64,000 bases of DNA from an uncultured Phycisphaerales bacterium (GTDB lineage: Bacteria; Planctomycetota; Phycisphaerae; Tepidisphaerales; Tepidisphaeraceae): positions 1,184,001 through 1,248,000 of the forward strand of contig CAVWLP010000003.1 in assembly GCA_963755915.1 (NCBI GenBank). The letters run 5' to 3'. This document shows, in pieces, positions 51,785 to 62,917 of the stretch. Each line of letters starts with the position of its first letter. Within the stretch, counting starts at the first letter, position 1. Below the pieces are notes generated by a model. The model had not been told where the DNA came from. It did not search any database and saw only the letters and a program-made list of their open reading frames with translations. A program made the position numbers and the translations under genes.

Positions 51785-53661
51785 ATGGATCATGGACCGT
51801 TGGATATTGCGCTTCAGGAGGGAATTCGGCGGCACCAGGCCGGGGATATGAAAGCAGCGGAGGCTGTTTATCAAAGTATCCTGGCGCAGAAATCCGACCA
51901 CCATCCGTCGCTGCACCTTCTGGGGGTGATCGCGCTCCAGAGAAGGGAGTTCGCCCTGGCGATTTCGACAATTAGCCGGGCGATCGCGATTGAGCCGCAA
52001 GTCTGGCTCTATCACTGCAACGTCGGGAAAGCGCTCTACGAGAGTGGCCAGACGGGGGCAGCCATATTGGCGTTTCAGACCGCACTGCGACTGGGAGGCA
52101 GATCGATTGAGTTGTACAACGACCTTGGCAACGCTTTGTGCCGGGAGGAAAAGTATTGGGAGGCGACACGGATTTACCGGCAGTGCCTGGAAACCAATCC
52201 CAATTCCGCCATCGTGCACAACAACCTGGGGAACGCGCTGGTTGCGATGGGAAGCATGGAAGAGGCAATAGCAACATATCGGCGAGCACTGGAGATCAAT
52301 CCGGAATATTCAGATGCGGCATTTAATCTTGGCAACGCGCTATACAACGCGCGGCAATGGAAAGACGCGGCCGCGGCCTATCGTCGGACGATCGGGCTCG
52401 ATCCACGGGCAACGCAGGCCCACCTGAATTTAGCTAATTCACTGCTGGCGGACGATGCCGTGGAAGAAGCCGTGGCGGCATATCTGGGCGTCATCGAAAT
52501 GGATCCAAACTGTGCCGAAGTTCACAACAACCTGGGCACGGCGCTGAAATCGCTGGGACGACTTAAAGAGGCAATCACAAGGTATCGCGAGGCGATCCGG
52601 ATCGATCCGGCTTATGTAACTGCCCACATGAATCTCGGAATGGCGCTTCTTCTGACCGGCAATCTTGAGGAGGGATGGGAAGCGTATGAATGGCGGTTGA
52701 AAGTGAAAGACCATTTACCACCCTGGACATCGGGGCGCAGAGGTGGGAAGGGAATGCAAAGAAAGGTCAAACGGTTTTGCTGACCGCCGAGCAGGGATTT
52801 GGGGAGACAATTCAGTTTGTGCGATTTGCTGCGATGGCGGCACAGGCAGGCGCGAACGTGATCGTGCAATGCCAGGCGGAGCTGGTTTGCCTGCTGCGAT
52901 CAAATCGGGAGTTCGGGCAGGTGATCTCGCTCACTGAGGGTGCGCCGAAATTTGACGTGCATTGCCCGCTGGTGAGCCTGGGGCGGGTCTTTGCCAGGCG
53001 AAAAGATTCAATCCCGGCGGCCATCCCATATCTATTTGCCGAGAAACAACTGGTTGAATCCTGGAAACAAAAGCTGGGCAGGGATGATGGCAAGTTGACA
53101 GTTGGACTGGTCTGGACGGGGAATCCGCTCTTCAAGGAGAACGCCAGACGGTCGATGAGGCTGGAACAATTGGCGCAGCTGGGGAGCGTGGAGGGTGTTG
53201 AATTTTATAGTCTTCAGAAGGGGAAGGCCGGAGAGCAGGCGAAATATCCGCCGGATGGACTAAAGCTGATAGACCTGGGTCCGGAGCTAAACGATTTCGC
53301 GGAGACGGCGGCAGTGATGTCGAACCTGGATTTGATCATTACCACGGACACATCGATTCCGCATCTGGCCGGGGCCTTGGGGCGGCCGGTGTGGCTCATG
53401 CTGCAATTTGTGCCGGATTTTCGGTGGATGCTGGAGCGGGAAGACAGTCCGTGGTATCCGACGATGCGGCTGTTTCGGCAGAGGGCGCCGGGGGATTGGG
53501 AGGGGGTGATCAGCCGGGTTGCTGCGGCGCTGAAGGATTTGCGGCTGACAGGGCTACGGAACTCGTGTCGAAGCCTCGTTCATCGAGTTCGTGAAAATGT
53601 CGGAAAAGACTGCGTACGAACACGTGAAATCAATGAGCGAATTTCAGATTCGCTTTGTTGA
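51785..53661 (+). CDS. TPR-repeat protein with C-terminal glycosyltransferase-like (GT9-like) domain; frameshift ~52720
   Basis: Repeated HNNLGNAL TPRs; GWEAYEWR; EQGFGETIQFVRF, VGLVWTGNP, FYSLQKG, LDLIITTDT..HLAGALGRP, SPWYPTMRLFRQ. Confidence 0.85.
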
Positions 53662-53905
53662 GGGCGGCAAACTGTTCACCGCGTTTATTATCAGGCCGGA
53701 AGATATTGAGGAAAAGTGCAAACACTTGCCGGTGCTGTCGCTGACGAAAGACGATGTGACGTTCTCAGTTGGCTTAAAGGATACAGGTCTCGGTGATCCA
53801 GACGTGCCTACTGGACGTTTTGAACGTCCTGAAGTCAGTTTTACTAAGTACGTATTCCCGGCGACATGGGTCGCATCGATGCTAAAGATGGCTCATCTGA
53901 CGTAG
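53597..53905 (+). CDS. Small hypothetical protein (lower GC)
   Basis: ORF with plausible composition, no recognised motif. Confidence 0.35.
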   Translation: MSEKTAYEHVKSMSEFQIRFVEGGKLFTAFIIRPEDIEEKCKHLPVLSLTKDDVTFSVGLKDTGLGDPDVPTGRFERPEVSFTKYVFPATWVASMLKMAHLT

Positions 53906-54310
53906 CATTAGAGGTTTGCGATAGCTATGCACGCTTTCCGGATGGAAGCGAATGTCCCAGCGTGCGTATCTGGTTTTTTGGTCAGCGGAATTCGATAGAA
54001 AGAGTATTCCCTTTACTGCTCGGTTTTCTCGCAGCGTTTAGCGCCGAAGACTTTGACGAATTGATACGCGAACTAAACTGACGCGAACCTTTACATCGAT
54101 TTCCCTTATGCCTTCTTGAAACGCATCCATTGGATCGCCACCGCCCTCAAAGCACCGACACTCGTCCCCCATTCCGGCTGAACCAGCGCCACATAAACGC
54201 ATTACTCTCCGAAGGCTTTTGCCTGCATCGCTTTATGTTCGTCGATCCGCTGGGGAGTGCGAGACAGATATCCGTATAGAAGTTAGTATTCACTAATCAA
54301 AATCCCAAAA

Positions 54311-54340
54311 CTGTCAGATTTTGTCAGATTCTGTCAGATC
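54311..54340 (+). repeat. Triple 10-bp direct repeat
   Basis: CTGTCAGATT TTGTCAGATT CTGTCAGATC. Confidence 0.8.
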
Positions 54341-54601
54341 GCCCCCCCCAGGAGCCAATTCCAGCAGCTAAACCCAGGACCCAAACCCAGAAACTAAACC
54401 CGCCGCAACCCCAAAACCCGGTCATTCCCCGCAAGGTCCTCGATACTGCGGAAATCCGAAAAAGCGTGAGCGTTCAACCAACCGCATCTTTCCCGCGCGT
54501 AGCTTGGTCGGTCAGACTCGGCGGGATGAGCAAATCCCATCAGCAGCGGCGTCTGCGCTGGCAGGCGATCGTTTCGTCGCTGGACCTATGCGGGGTACCG
54601 A

Positions 54602-56260
54602 TTACTGATTCGCCAATCCAACTGTCTGCGGCGGGGGATTGACCATCCGCGGCAGGGCTTGGGGGACGGCATCGACGTGTTCCAGCGTGATATTCGTCGC
54701 ATGCTGAAGCTGGAGATCGGGGATGGCGGAGGCGCGGATGGTGACGTTGCGGAGGGTGGTGCCGTCGGCGTCGATGATGGCGCCGCCCTGTTTGGCGGTA
54801 ATGTCGGCGTTTTCGATGGTGACGCTTTGGAGGGGCATCTCGGGCAGGCCGTGAATCTGGATGGCGATGTTTGCGCTGTGGCAGAGGATGTTGCGGATGT
54901 TGATGTTGCGGAAGAGCGGCGTTCCCGGGCCCAGCGGCTCGGGGGCTTCCTGGGTGACGGTGAGGGGCTTGGCGACCAGGGGCTCGGGAGGGGGCGGGGC
55001 ATCGAAATCCGGGGGCGGCGCGGGGCGAGTGGTGGGTTTTTTCACCATGTAATACATGTCGAGATTGATGCAGGCGTTGGTGATGTTCCACATTTCCAGG
55101 TTGTGGATGTCGATGTTTTCGACGATTCCGCCGCGGCCGCGGGTGGACTTGATGCGGATGGCCTCGTCGGTGCCGTTGAGGATGCAGTCGTGAACGTGGA
55201 TGTCGCGGATGTCGCCGGAGGTTTCGCTGCCGATGGCGATGCCACCGTGGCCGTGGCCGAGGATGCAGTTTTCGACGGTGACGTCTTCGGTGGGCCGGTG
55301 CAAGCGGCGGCCTTCCTCGTTGCGGCCGGACTTGAGGCAGACGACGTCGTCGCCGGCGTTGATAGTGCTGCCGTCGACGAGAACGTGGCGGCAGGAATCG
55401 ATGTCGATGCCGTCGCCGTTCTGGGCGTAGTAGGGATTGAAGATGGTGATGGCATGGACGGTCACATCGTCGGTGAGGAGGAGATGGATGTTCCAGGCGG
55501 CGGAATTTTGGAAGGTGACGCCGTCGAGGAGGACGTTATGGCAATTGGAGAGGACGACCAGAGGTGGGCGGAGCATGTCGTGAAAACGCTCAAAATCCTG
55601 GATACGCGGGGTCCGGAGGCTGGCGCGGAGGGCAGCGAGGGCGATTCCGCGGCGCCTGGCGTTGGGCACCGGGTACCAGGTGTCTGAGCGGGTGTCGACG
55701 AAGCCGCCGGAGGCGACGAGGGTGTTCCACTGGTCGGGGGTGAGCTTGGATTTTTTGACCATGCGCCAGACCTGCCCCTGACCGTCGATGGCGCCCTGGC
55801 CGGAGATTTCGACGTCGTGCAGGTTGTCGCCCATGATGGGGGAGGCGCACATATAAGTCTGCTGGCCTTCATAGTTGGTAAGGACGAGGGGGAAATCGGC
55901 GCGATTTCGGCTGAAGACGAGGATTGCGCCTGCGTCGAGGTGAAGGTCGATCTGGCTCTGGAGGCGGATGGGACGGGTGAGGAAGTTACCGGCGGGGATG
56001 ACGACGTGGCCCCCGCCGGCGGCGGAGCAGGTGACGATGGCGCTGGTGATGGCGTTGGTGTTATCGAATTTGCCGTCGCCGATAGCGCCGAAATCGGTGA
56101 TGGTGAAGGAGCGTGAGGGGATATCGGGTGCGGAGATGACCGGTTGCGCCGGCGCGGCGGCGGAGACATCAGGCGCGGGGGCGGACTGGCAGGCGCTCAG
56201 GGCCAGAAGGAAGCAGGCGAGGAGCGCGAAGCGGCAATGGCGATTCATGGGGCGATTCAT
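54602..56260 (-). CDS. GH28 (exo-)polygalacturonase, predicted lipoprotein
   Basis: LALSAC lipobox; QNGDGID, AGDDVVCLKSG, GHGGIAIGSE, IRIKS. Confidence 0.9.
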   Translation of the reverse strand: MNRPMNRHCRFALLACFLLALSACQSAPAPDVSAAAPAQPVISAPDIPSRSFTITDFGAIGDGKFDNTNAITSAIVTCSAAGGGHVVIPAGNFLTRPIRLQSQIDLHLDAGAILVFSRNRADFPLVLTNYEGQQTYMCASPIMGDNLHDVEISGQGAIDGQGQVWRMVKKSKLTPDQWNTLVASGGFVDTRSDTWYPVPNARRRGIALAALRASLRTPRIQDFERFHDMLRPPLVVLSNCHNVLLDGVTFQNSAAWNIHLLLTDDVTVHAITIFNPYYAQNGDGIDIDSCRHVLVDGSTINAGDDVVCLKSGRNEEGRRLHRPTEDVTVENCILGHGHGGIAIGSETSGDIRDIHVHDCILNGTDEAIRIKSTRGRGGIVENIDIHNLEMWNITNACINLDMYYMVKKPTTRPAPPPDFDAPPPPEPLVAKPLTVTQEAPEPLGPGTPLFRNINIRNILCHSANIAIQIHGLPEMPLQSVTIENADITAKQGGAIIDADGTTLRNVTIRASAIPDLQLQHATNITLEHVDAVPQALPRMVNPPPQTVGLANQ

Positions 56261-56262
56261 GG

Positions 56263-57591
56263 TTAGTTGTTTCCTTCCGGCAAATCAGCGAGGCCCTGCA
56301 CGGTGGAGTCGATGATCAGCGGAGCTCCCTTGGTGGAGGTGATGCGGCAATCGATGAACTGGACTCCGTTGGCGTGGAAAATCTGCATTGGCTTTTTGGC
56401 GGAAACGTGGACCCGGGTGAGAATAATATCTTCCAGCGGCATTTCGGGAAGTCCCACGATCTGACCGGCGATCTGGGAACCGGTGGAGGTGAGATCGGTG
56501 ATGCGGATATGGCTGACGCTGGGTGTGCGATCGAGGGCCCGGCCGTGGTCTTGCCGGGGATCGGTGGGGATTTTGGGATAATAGCTGGTGATGAGGATGG
56601 AATTTTTGACGTTGTGCATGGTGAGGTTTTCGTAGGTGACGTTTTCGACGGGGCCGCCGCGGTTGCGCGAGGACTTGATGCGTATGCCGGCCTCGGTGCC
56701 GGTGAAGGAGCAGTTTCGGACGAGCATGTTTCGGAGTCCGCCGCTGGTTTCGCTGCCGACGGACATGCCGTGGCCGTGGAGGAAGGTGCAGTTCTGGATG
56801 AGGAAGTTTTCGCAGGAGGGGTGTGAAGGGTCGAGGATTCCGCCGGCCTTGACGGCGATGCAGTCGTCACCGGTGTCGATGGTGCAGTTTTCGATGAGAA
56901 AGTTTTGGCCGGAGGGGTCGATGCCGTCGGTGTTGGGGGAGATGGCCGGGGCTTTAATGTGGATGCCCTGGATGGTGACGTTTTTGCACTGCATGGGGAG
57001 AAGGTGAAACATCGGGGAGTTGGTGAGGGTAACGCCCTGGACGAGGATATTGGTGCAATTGGTGAGCATGATGAGGGCCGGGCGGTGCGGGAGCCATTGC
57101 CAGATCATGGGGTCGGTGCCTTTGGGGGGGACGAGCTCTTTCCAGAATCGAGCGCCCTGGCCGTCGATGGTACCGGCGCCGGTGATGGCGATATCGTGAC
57201 CGTCTTTGAGGGTGATGGCGCTATCGTATAGGCCGTCGACGAGGTTGTAGTCGTCGGGGTTGGGGGTGAGGCGGAGGGTCGCGCCGGACTCGAGGTGGAG
57301 GTTGAGATTGCTGGCCAGGACGAAGGGGGTCACAAGGTATTGGCCAGGCGGCACATCGACGGTTCCACCGCCGGCTTTTGTGCAGGCGTCGATGGCGGAC
57401 TGGAAGGCGCGGGTGTCGAAGGTTTTGCCGTCGGCCTTGGCGCCGAAATCGGAGATTTTGAAGGTCCGATCGGGAATTTTCGGAAGGGGCACGGAGAAAT
57501 CGCTGGGAAGCGTGGCCTGTGCGGGGCACTTGCACGCCATGACGGGGAGGATGATGGCGGCGATGCAGATGAATTTAAAGATGGGGTTCAT
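56263..57591 (-). CDS. GH28 polygalacturonase, secreted
   Basis: Signal peptide; PNTDGIDP, TGDDCIAVK, GHGMSVGS, IRIKS. Confidence 0.92.
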   Translation of the reverse strand: MNPIFKFICIAAIILPVMACKCPAQATLPSDFSVPLPKIPDRTFKISDFGAKADGKTFDTRAFQSAIDACTKAGGGTVDVPPGQYLVTPFVLASNLNLHLESGATLRLTPNPDDYNLVDGLYDSAITLKDGHDIAITGAGTIDGQGARFWKELVPPKGTDPMIWQWLPHRPALIMLTNCTNILVQGVTLTNSPMFHLLPMQCKNVTIQGIHIKAPAISPNTDGIDPSGQNFLIENCTIDTGDDCIAVKAGGILDPSHPSCENFLIQNCTFLHGHGMSVGSETSGGLRNMLVRNCSFTGTEAGIRIKSSRNRGGPVENVTYENLTMHNVKNSILITSYYPKIPTDPRQDHGRALDRTPSVSHIRITDLTSTGSQIAGQIVGLPEMPLEDIILTRVHVSAKKPMQIFHANGVQFIDCRITSTKGAPLIIDSTVQGLADLPEGNN

Positions 57592-58940
57592 TTGTTTCGG
57601 CCGCTGCGATAGCGTGCGGGCGTTTCCCCCATGGCGGCTCGAAATACGCGGGTCATGTACTGTACGCTGCTGAATCCGGTGGCGCGGGCGACCTGCTTGA
57701 TGGTCATGTCGGGGCTGAGCAGAAGCTCTTTGACCCTGGCAAGGCGGACGCGCTCGATTTCCTCGTGAATGGTGCGGCCGATGACGCGCTTCAGGCGCTG
57801 CTGGAGGGTTGCTCGGGACATGCCCATGTGAGCCAGGACATCGACGACGCGGAGCCCCTGGCAGCCGTTCTCGCGGATGTAGCGGAGGGCGCGGTTAACC
57901 TCGTCGTCGTCGCTGGCGACGGTGTCGGTGGAAAGGCGGGTGAAGATTCCGCGCGGGGCGAGGCGCTGTCCGGTTGGCGTGCTGGATTTGCCGCGCATCA
58001 TTATTTCGTCGAGCAGCGCGGCGGCGGTGTAGCCGATGTGCTCGGCGTTCACGTCCACGCTGGTGAGGGGGGGAATCGATAGATCGCACAGGTGCTCGTC
58101 GTTGTCAGCGCCGATGACGGCAACTTCATCGGGAACAATGGCACCGCAGCGGCGGCAGGCGTCGAGGACCTGGAGCCCCCGTTCGTCGTTGCAGGCCATC
58201 ACGCCCACGGGCTTGGGAAGGGAGTCGAGCCACTTGGAGAGGAGTTCCTGTTCCATCTCCCAGTTGTCGGGGGGGCAGTCGGCGGGGAAGACGTCGCAGG
58301 TTCCACCGGCAGCGCGGACGACTTCAGCAAAGGTGACGCCGCGCTCGTCGAGGCCGGGATGAACACCGGCGGGCTTTCCGCAGAAGGCGAAGTGCTTCAG
58401 GCCGCGCTCAAGAAGATGTTCCGCGGCGAGGCGGGCGATCTGATCGTGATCCGGGCCGACGTATGGGAACTGCAATTCACCGACGGTTCCGCGGAGGTTG
58501 ACGACCGGGACGCCGGAATGGAGGAGGAGATTGGCGATTTCCGGCGTGTCGATGCGGGCGAGGATTCCATCGCCATGCCAGTTGGTAAGCCAGGGGGGCG
58601 GCGGATCGCCCAGGCCATGGGGATGGAAATAGGTCGACCATCCACCGTGCTCGCGGTTGTATTTGGAGACCCCGCGGAGGAGCCCCCGGCCGTAGGAACC
58701 GCTGGTTTCGATAAGGAGAGCCACGTGGCGCATTGGGCCCCTTGGCAACTCGATGGGCCTGGAGTGGGTCTGCTGGCGCATTGCGCTGGTTGGGGAATTG
58801 GGGGAATCTGAAGGGAATTTTCGGACCTGTTTAGCCGGAGATGCAGTCGGTTTAGGCTTTCGGGGCTTAGGAAGCGTTTTCGTTGCGTTTGGTTTCGATG
58901 AAGCGACCAAAACTCCTCCAGACTTATACAAATTTATCAC
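57588..58940 (-). CDS. XylR-family transcriptional regulator
   Basis: VALLIETSGSYGRGLLRGV, DGILAR, VPDEVAVIGADND, RLSTD, AraC HTH. True start uncertain (ATG 58781 possible). Confidence 0.9.
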   Translation of the reverse strand: MINLYKSGGVLVASSKPNATKTLPKPRKPKPTASPAKQVRKFPSDSPNSPTSAMRQQTHSRPIELPRGPMRHVALLIETSGSYGRGLLRGVSKYNREHGGWSTYFHPHGLGDPPPPWLTNWHGDGILARIDTPEIANLLLHSGVPVVNLRGTVGELQFPYVGPDHDQIARLAAEHLLERGLKHFAFCGKPAGVHPGLDERGVTFAEVVRAAGGTCDVFPADCPPDNWEMEQELLSKWLDSLPKPVGVMACNDERGLQVLDACRRCGAIVPDEVAVIGADNDEHLCDLSIPPLTSVDVNAEHIGYTAAALLDEIMMRGKSSTPTGQRLAPRGIFTRLSTDTVASDDDEVNRALRYIRENGCQGLRVVDVLAHMGMSRATLQQRLKRVIGRTIHEEIERVRLARVKELLLSPDMTIKQVARATGFSSVQYMTRVFRAAMGETPARYRSGRNK

Positions 58941-59273
58941 GCGGGAGGGGGGTAAAAAGCGATTATGCAGAAAGTATAAAAGTTTTATAATTTTCTACCA
59001 TACGCGGCGGACACATTATGGGGTTGCGGCAAATGTTTATGTGATTGCGAAAAGTGAAAAAACGCGCAGGCAAAAGTTGTCAGGAGAGAAAGCGATTCCG
59101 TTCGAATAGGTCACGGAAAATGACCAAAGTGAAAATACGGCAGGGTAATAACAGATGAAACCTTTACACAAACTCATACATCTCGGCCGGCGGAGGTTTG
59201 AGTGTGGTAGACTCCAGCGACGAATGATTTCCCCAAATCGCGGGGACAAGTCGATGAAGATTCTGGTGTGGGC

Positions 59274-60937
59274 ATGAGCACGATGGATGCGGTTTCAGTA
59301 AAACAGGCGGGGCAAGTGTCCCAATCGACCCAAATGCAGCCGGCTCCGGGGCCGAAATGCGGGGACTGGCTTAATGTTCGCCAACTGGGGGCGGTGGGGG
59401 ATGGCGTAACCATATCCACCGGCAGCATCCAGCGGGCCATCGATCAATGCGGGAGCAGCGGCGGGGGTACGGTATTTCTTCCGGCGGGGAGATACGTTTC
59501 GGGGACGCTCTGGCTTCGCAATAACGTGACGCTGCATCTCGAATCGGGCGCGGTTCTGATGGGGGACACCGACCCCGCCGCCTATCCGATGTGGGCCGGA
59601 GCGTGGGAAGGACCGGGGGCGCAACGGCGGCACGCGCCGCTGATTGCAGGGGAAGGATTAACCAATATCGCCCTCACCGGACGGGGCACGATTGACGGGC
59701 GCGGAAAGACGTGGTGGGACGCGTTTACGCCAACCCGGGCCCGGACCTGCGGCCGTCAATGGTGCGGTTGGTCGATTGCCGGGACGTCCTCATCGACGGG
59801 CTGCATTTCATCAACTCGGCGCGATGGGCCCTGAACCCTGTGGCGTGCGACAACCTGACGATCCACCAGGTAACGGTCCGAAATCCACCCGATTCGCCGA
59901 ACACCGATGGAATCAATCCGGATTCGTGCAACAATGTTCACATCGCCAATTGCCACATTGACGTCGGCGACGACTGCATTGCGATCAAATCGGGATCGGA
60001 AGAAGACGGGCGGCGGACACTGCGGCCGTGCCAGAACATTACCATCATGAACTGCACCATGCTGCACGGGCATGGCGGGGTGGTGATCGGGAGCGAGATG
60101 TCGGGCGGCGTGCGCAATGTGGCGATTTCCAACTGCGTATTCTGCGGGACAGAACGCGGCATCCGGCTCAAAGCGCGCCGCGGGCGCGGCAGCGCGGTGG
60201 AAGATATCCGCGTGGACAACATCGTCATGGACGATGTTCTGTGCCCGATCGTGCTGAACCTGTTTTATATCTGCGGCGCCGAAACCAACAGCGTGTTGCT
60301 AGATCCACGGCCCCAGCCGGTAACGGCACGGACGCCGCAGTTTCGCAGACTGCGGTTCAGCAACATCACCGCGCGGAAAGTGAAGTACGCCGCTACGTTC
60401 ATGCTTGGTTTGCCGGAAATGTCGGTCGAGGACATCGTGCTGGATGGGGTTTCGGTCTACATGGACACGACCAATTCCCAGGCCGGTTCACCGGCGATGG
60501 CCGCCGGGGTTACTGATATGTGCCGGGCGGGGTTTGTGCTGCATAACGCCCGGAACGTGAAGCTGCGGGGAATCGATCTCTACGATCAGTTCGGCCCGGC
60601 CGTGGTGATGAAGAACTCGCAGGAAGTTTTGATCAGCGACCTGTGCGCCAGCGCCGACAAGGATCCGCTGATCGTGGTGGACGGAAAAGCCGCCACCGTG
60701 AGCGAAGAACGCGACGATGCCGGCGGCGGACTGATGGCGGGCGAAGATGGACAACGGGCGCAGGATTTTTACCCGCGGATGGCGCTATGGGCGGCGGCGC
60801 ACCTCGCGAGCGGGGACGGATGCGGCGCTGTCGAAGCTGGCGGCGGAATCGCCGGACTTGACGTAGTGGGTCAGCGGGTACGCGAGACGAGGATTGCGCC
60901 GGTCTTGGAAAAGTGTTCGGCCTGCGCCTTTGAATAG
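59274..60937 (+). CDS. GH28 polygalacturonase without signal peptide; frameshift ~59730, 3' end uncertain
   Basis: GAVGDG..GGGTVFLPAG..LHLESGA; PNTDGINP, VGDDCIAIKSG, GHGGVVIGSEMSGG, IRLK. Confidence 0.88.
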
Positions 60938-62705
60938 ACTGCGCGGCGTAAATCTACCAGGTAAAGTCAGCGCCTTCCACTTTCGCGCCGCTGAGGTTTG
61001 CACCGACAAGACATGCTTTGCGAATTTCTTCGGGGGATTTGAAATCTTGTTCGTTAAAATCATCGGTGTAGAAGCCGGTGCGCGAGCCTTCGGACGGGAT
61101 GGTGCTGCCGACGAGGCCACTGCGCGTGGAACCGAGATGGAAGCTGGCGTTTGTGAAATCGGCGCCGCGGAGGTCGGCGTTTTCCCATTCGATGTCGGCG
61201 AGGCCTGTTTCCTTAAGGTTGGCGAAGGAGAATTTTCCGCCGGGGATCAGGGTTCCGGTGAGAAGCGATTTCAGGAGAATCGCACCTTCGAAATTTGCGT
61301 AGGGCAGATGTAATCCTTCGAGATTGCAGGCCAAAAGGCGTGCTCTGGGAAAAGCAGCGCCGGTCCATTGAGCATCGGTCATATCAATTCTGTACAACTG
61401 GGCATGTGAAAAGTTCGTTGACAGAAAGTTGGCTCCGGAGACTGTCGTTAGCGCAAGAATCGCGTTGGAAAAGACTGCCCATTGGCAGTTCGTCTCTTCA
61501 AGCACCGCCTGCTCGAACTTCGCCCCCGTCAGTATTGAACGGGAAAGGTTCGCGCCTTTGAGATTGGTGAGGGAGAATTTGGCTTTGACGGCGGAAGCAT
61601 CCGAGAGATCGGCGGACTGGAAGGAGGCGTTTTCAAGGGAGATTTGGTCGAGCCGGGCGTCGCGGAGATTTGCGCGATCGAAATTCGCGGAGTCGGCGAA
61701 GGCGAACATTAGGTTCGCGCCGCTTAGATCTGCTCCCGAGAGATCTGCTCCAGAAAGGACGGCTTCGCTCAAATCGAGGCCTGCCCACCGGGCATTTGGC
61801 AATTCTGCATTCGTCAGGCGCAGTCCATGTCCGGAAGACGGCCGCCAATCGGGATCGAGGCGGAGCAGTATGCTTGCGGCCATCGGAACGGCGGTATGCG
61901 AATACTGATCTTTTGCAAGTTTCTCGAGGCGCTGGACGGCCAGGCGATTGGGCCGAACGGCGGCAGCGATTTCGGGAATCAGTTTCGCAAAGGCAGTGGA
62001 ATTGAGTTGACCGGGAACCGAGCCGCGAGATAGTTCATCGGCAATCTGCCCGGCAGTGTAGATGTCCTTGACGATGTTGTGGCGAAACCATTCGTCATGT
62101 TTCGACATAACTTTCGCATCCATCTCTTTCGGGGATTCTGCGGGCAGTGTTGAAATGTGGATGCACAAGGCCTCGCGTGCGCTGAGAAGAGATGAATCGC
62201 GGGCCATCAAATCCATCACCAGCGTCAAAAGCTGCGGGTTGCCTTTCAATGCCGGTAGTGTTGGGTCGTCCTTCAGGCGTGACAATACAGAGGCGCATTG
62301 GGGGCGGTGGACCGCGACCAAATACTCAAGGCAATCATCAAGAGTCCAGGGGCAAAGCTCAAAAACGGCGAGCTTTTCGCGGTTATCTAAAGCCGCGTTG
62401 CATGCGACAATCTGCGTTGGGGACTCCCCCGACTCAACAGTCTCAGATTTGCTTGGATCGACGAGCCGAATTTGAAAGTTTGGGGGAATTACGGCCCGAA
62501 GATGTTTAAGAGCGGTGGTCTTCCCACCGCCGGGTCCTGCGGCGATTACGATACGGCCTTCCATTTTGGATTGAAGGATTGGAAGGACAAGCTGCTGGAG
62601 AGGTAGCGCGGCGCTGGAGCCGGGGCGGTGGGCGCGGGGGGTAACGGCCGCGACGCGCGGTGCGAGGGGGTCGTCGGGCGCGGGTACCGATTGGTGGCTG
62701 TCCAT
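60871..62705 (-). CDS. Pentapeptide-repeat protein with N-terminal P-loop (NACHT-like) region; frameshift ~60965
   Basis: AGPGGGKTT, GNPQLL, many A(D/N)LxG pentapeptides; tail YLVDLRRAVYS..GAIL..* at 60871 in another frame. Confidence 0.8.
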
Positions 62706-62917
62706 GCAATCATCTTATCCTGCCTAAGTTGGGTGGAAAGAAAAATCGCGGCACGTGGAGGCGGATGCGGCGCTATCCAAACTGGCGGCGGAATCGTCGG
62801 ATTTGACTTGGATCCTCTGACAAGATGCGACGACATCACAATGGACCCCACGGCGGCGATCTCCAGACCTGCATGTAGTCGCTAATTGCAAACTAACTGC
62901 GTCCCCGTTTCGGTTTT

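Noticed and set aside
10825-60965. About 17 frameshifts (GH2, small TM protein, PEP-CTERM genes, serpin, GT2, transposase, deacetylase, TPR-GT, GH28, pentapeptide) as pseudogenes or programmed frameshifting/phase variation
   Set aside because: They are scattered single-base indels, often at homopolymers, with no in-frame stops or decay and no shared slippery motif. Long-read assembly error is more parsimonious. Raw reads would decide.
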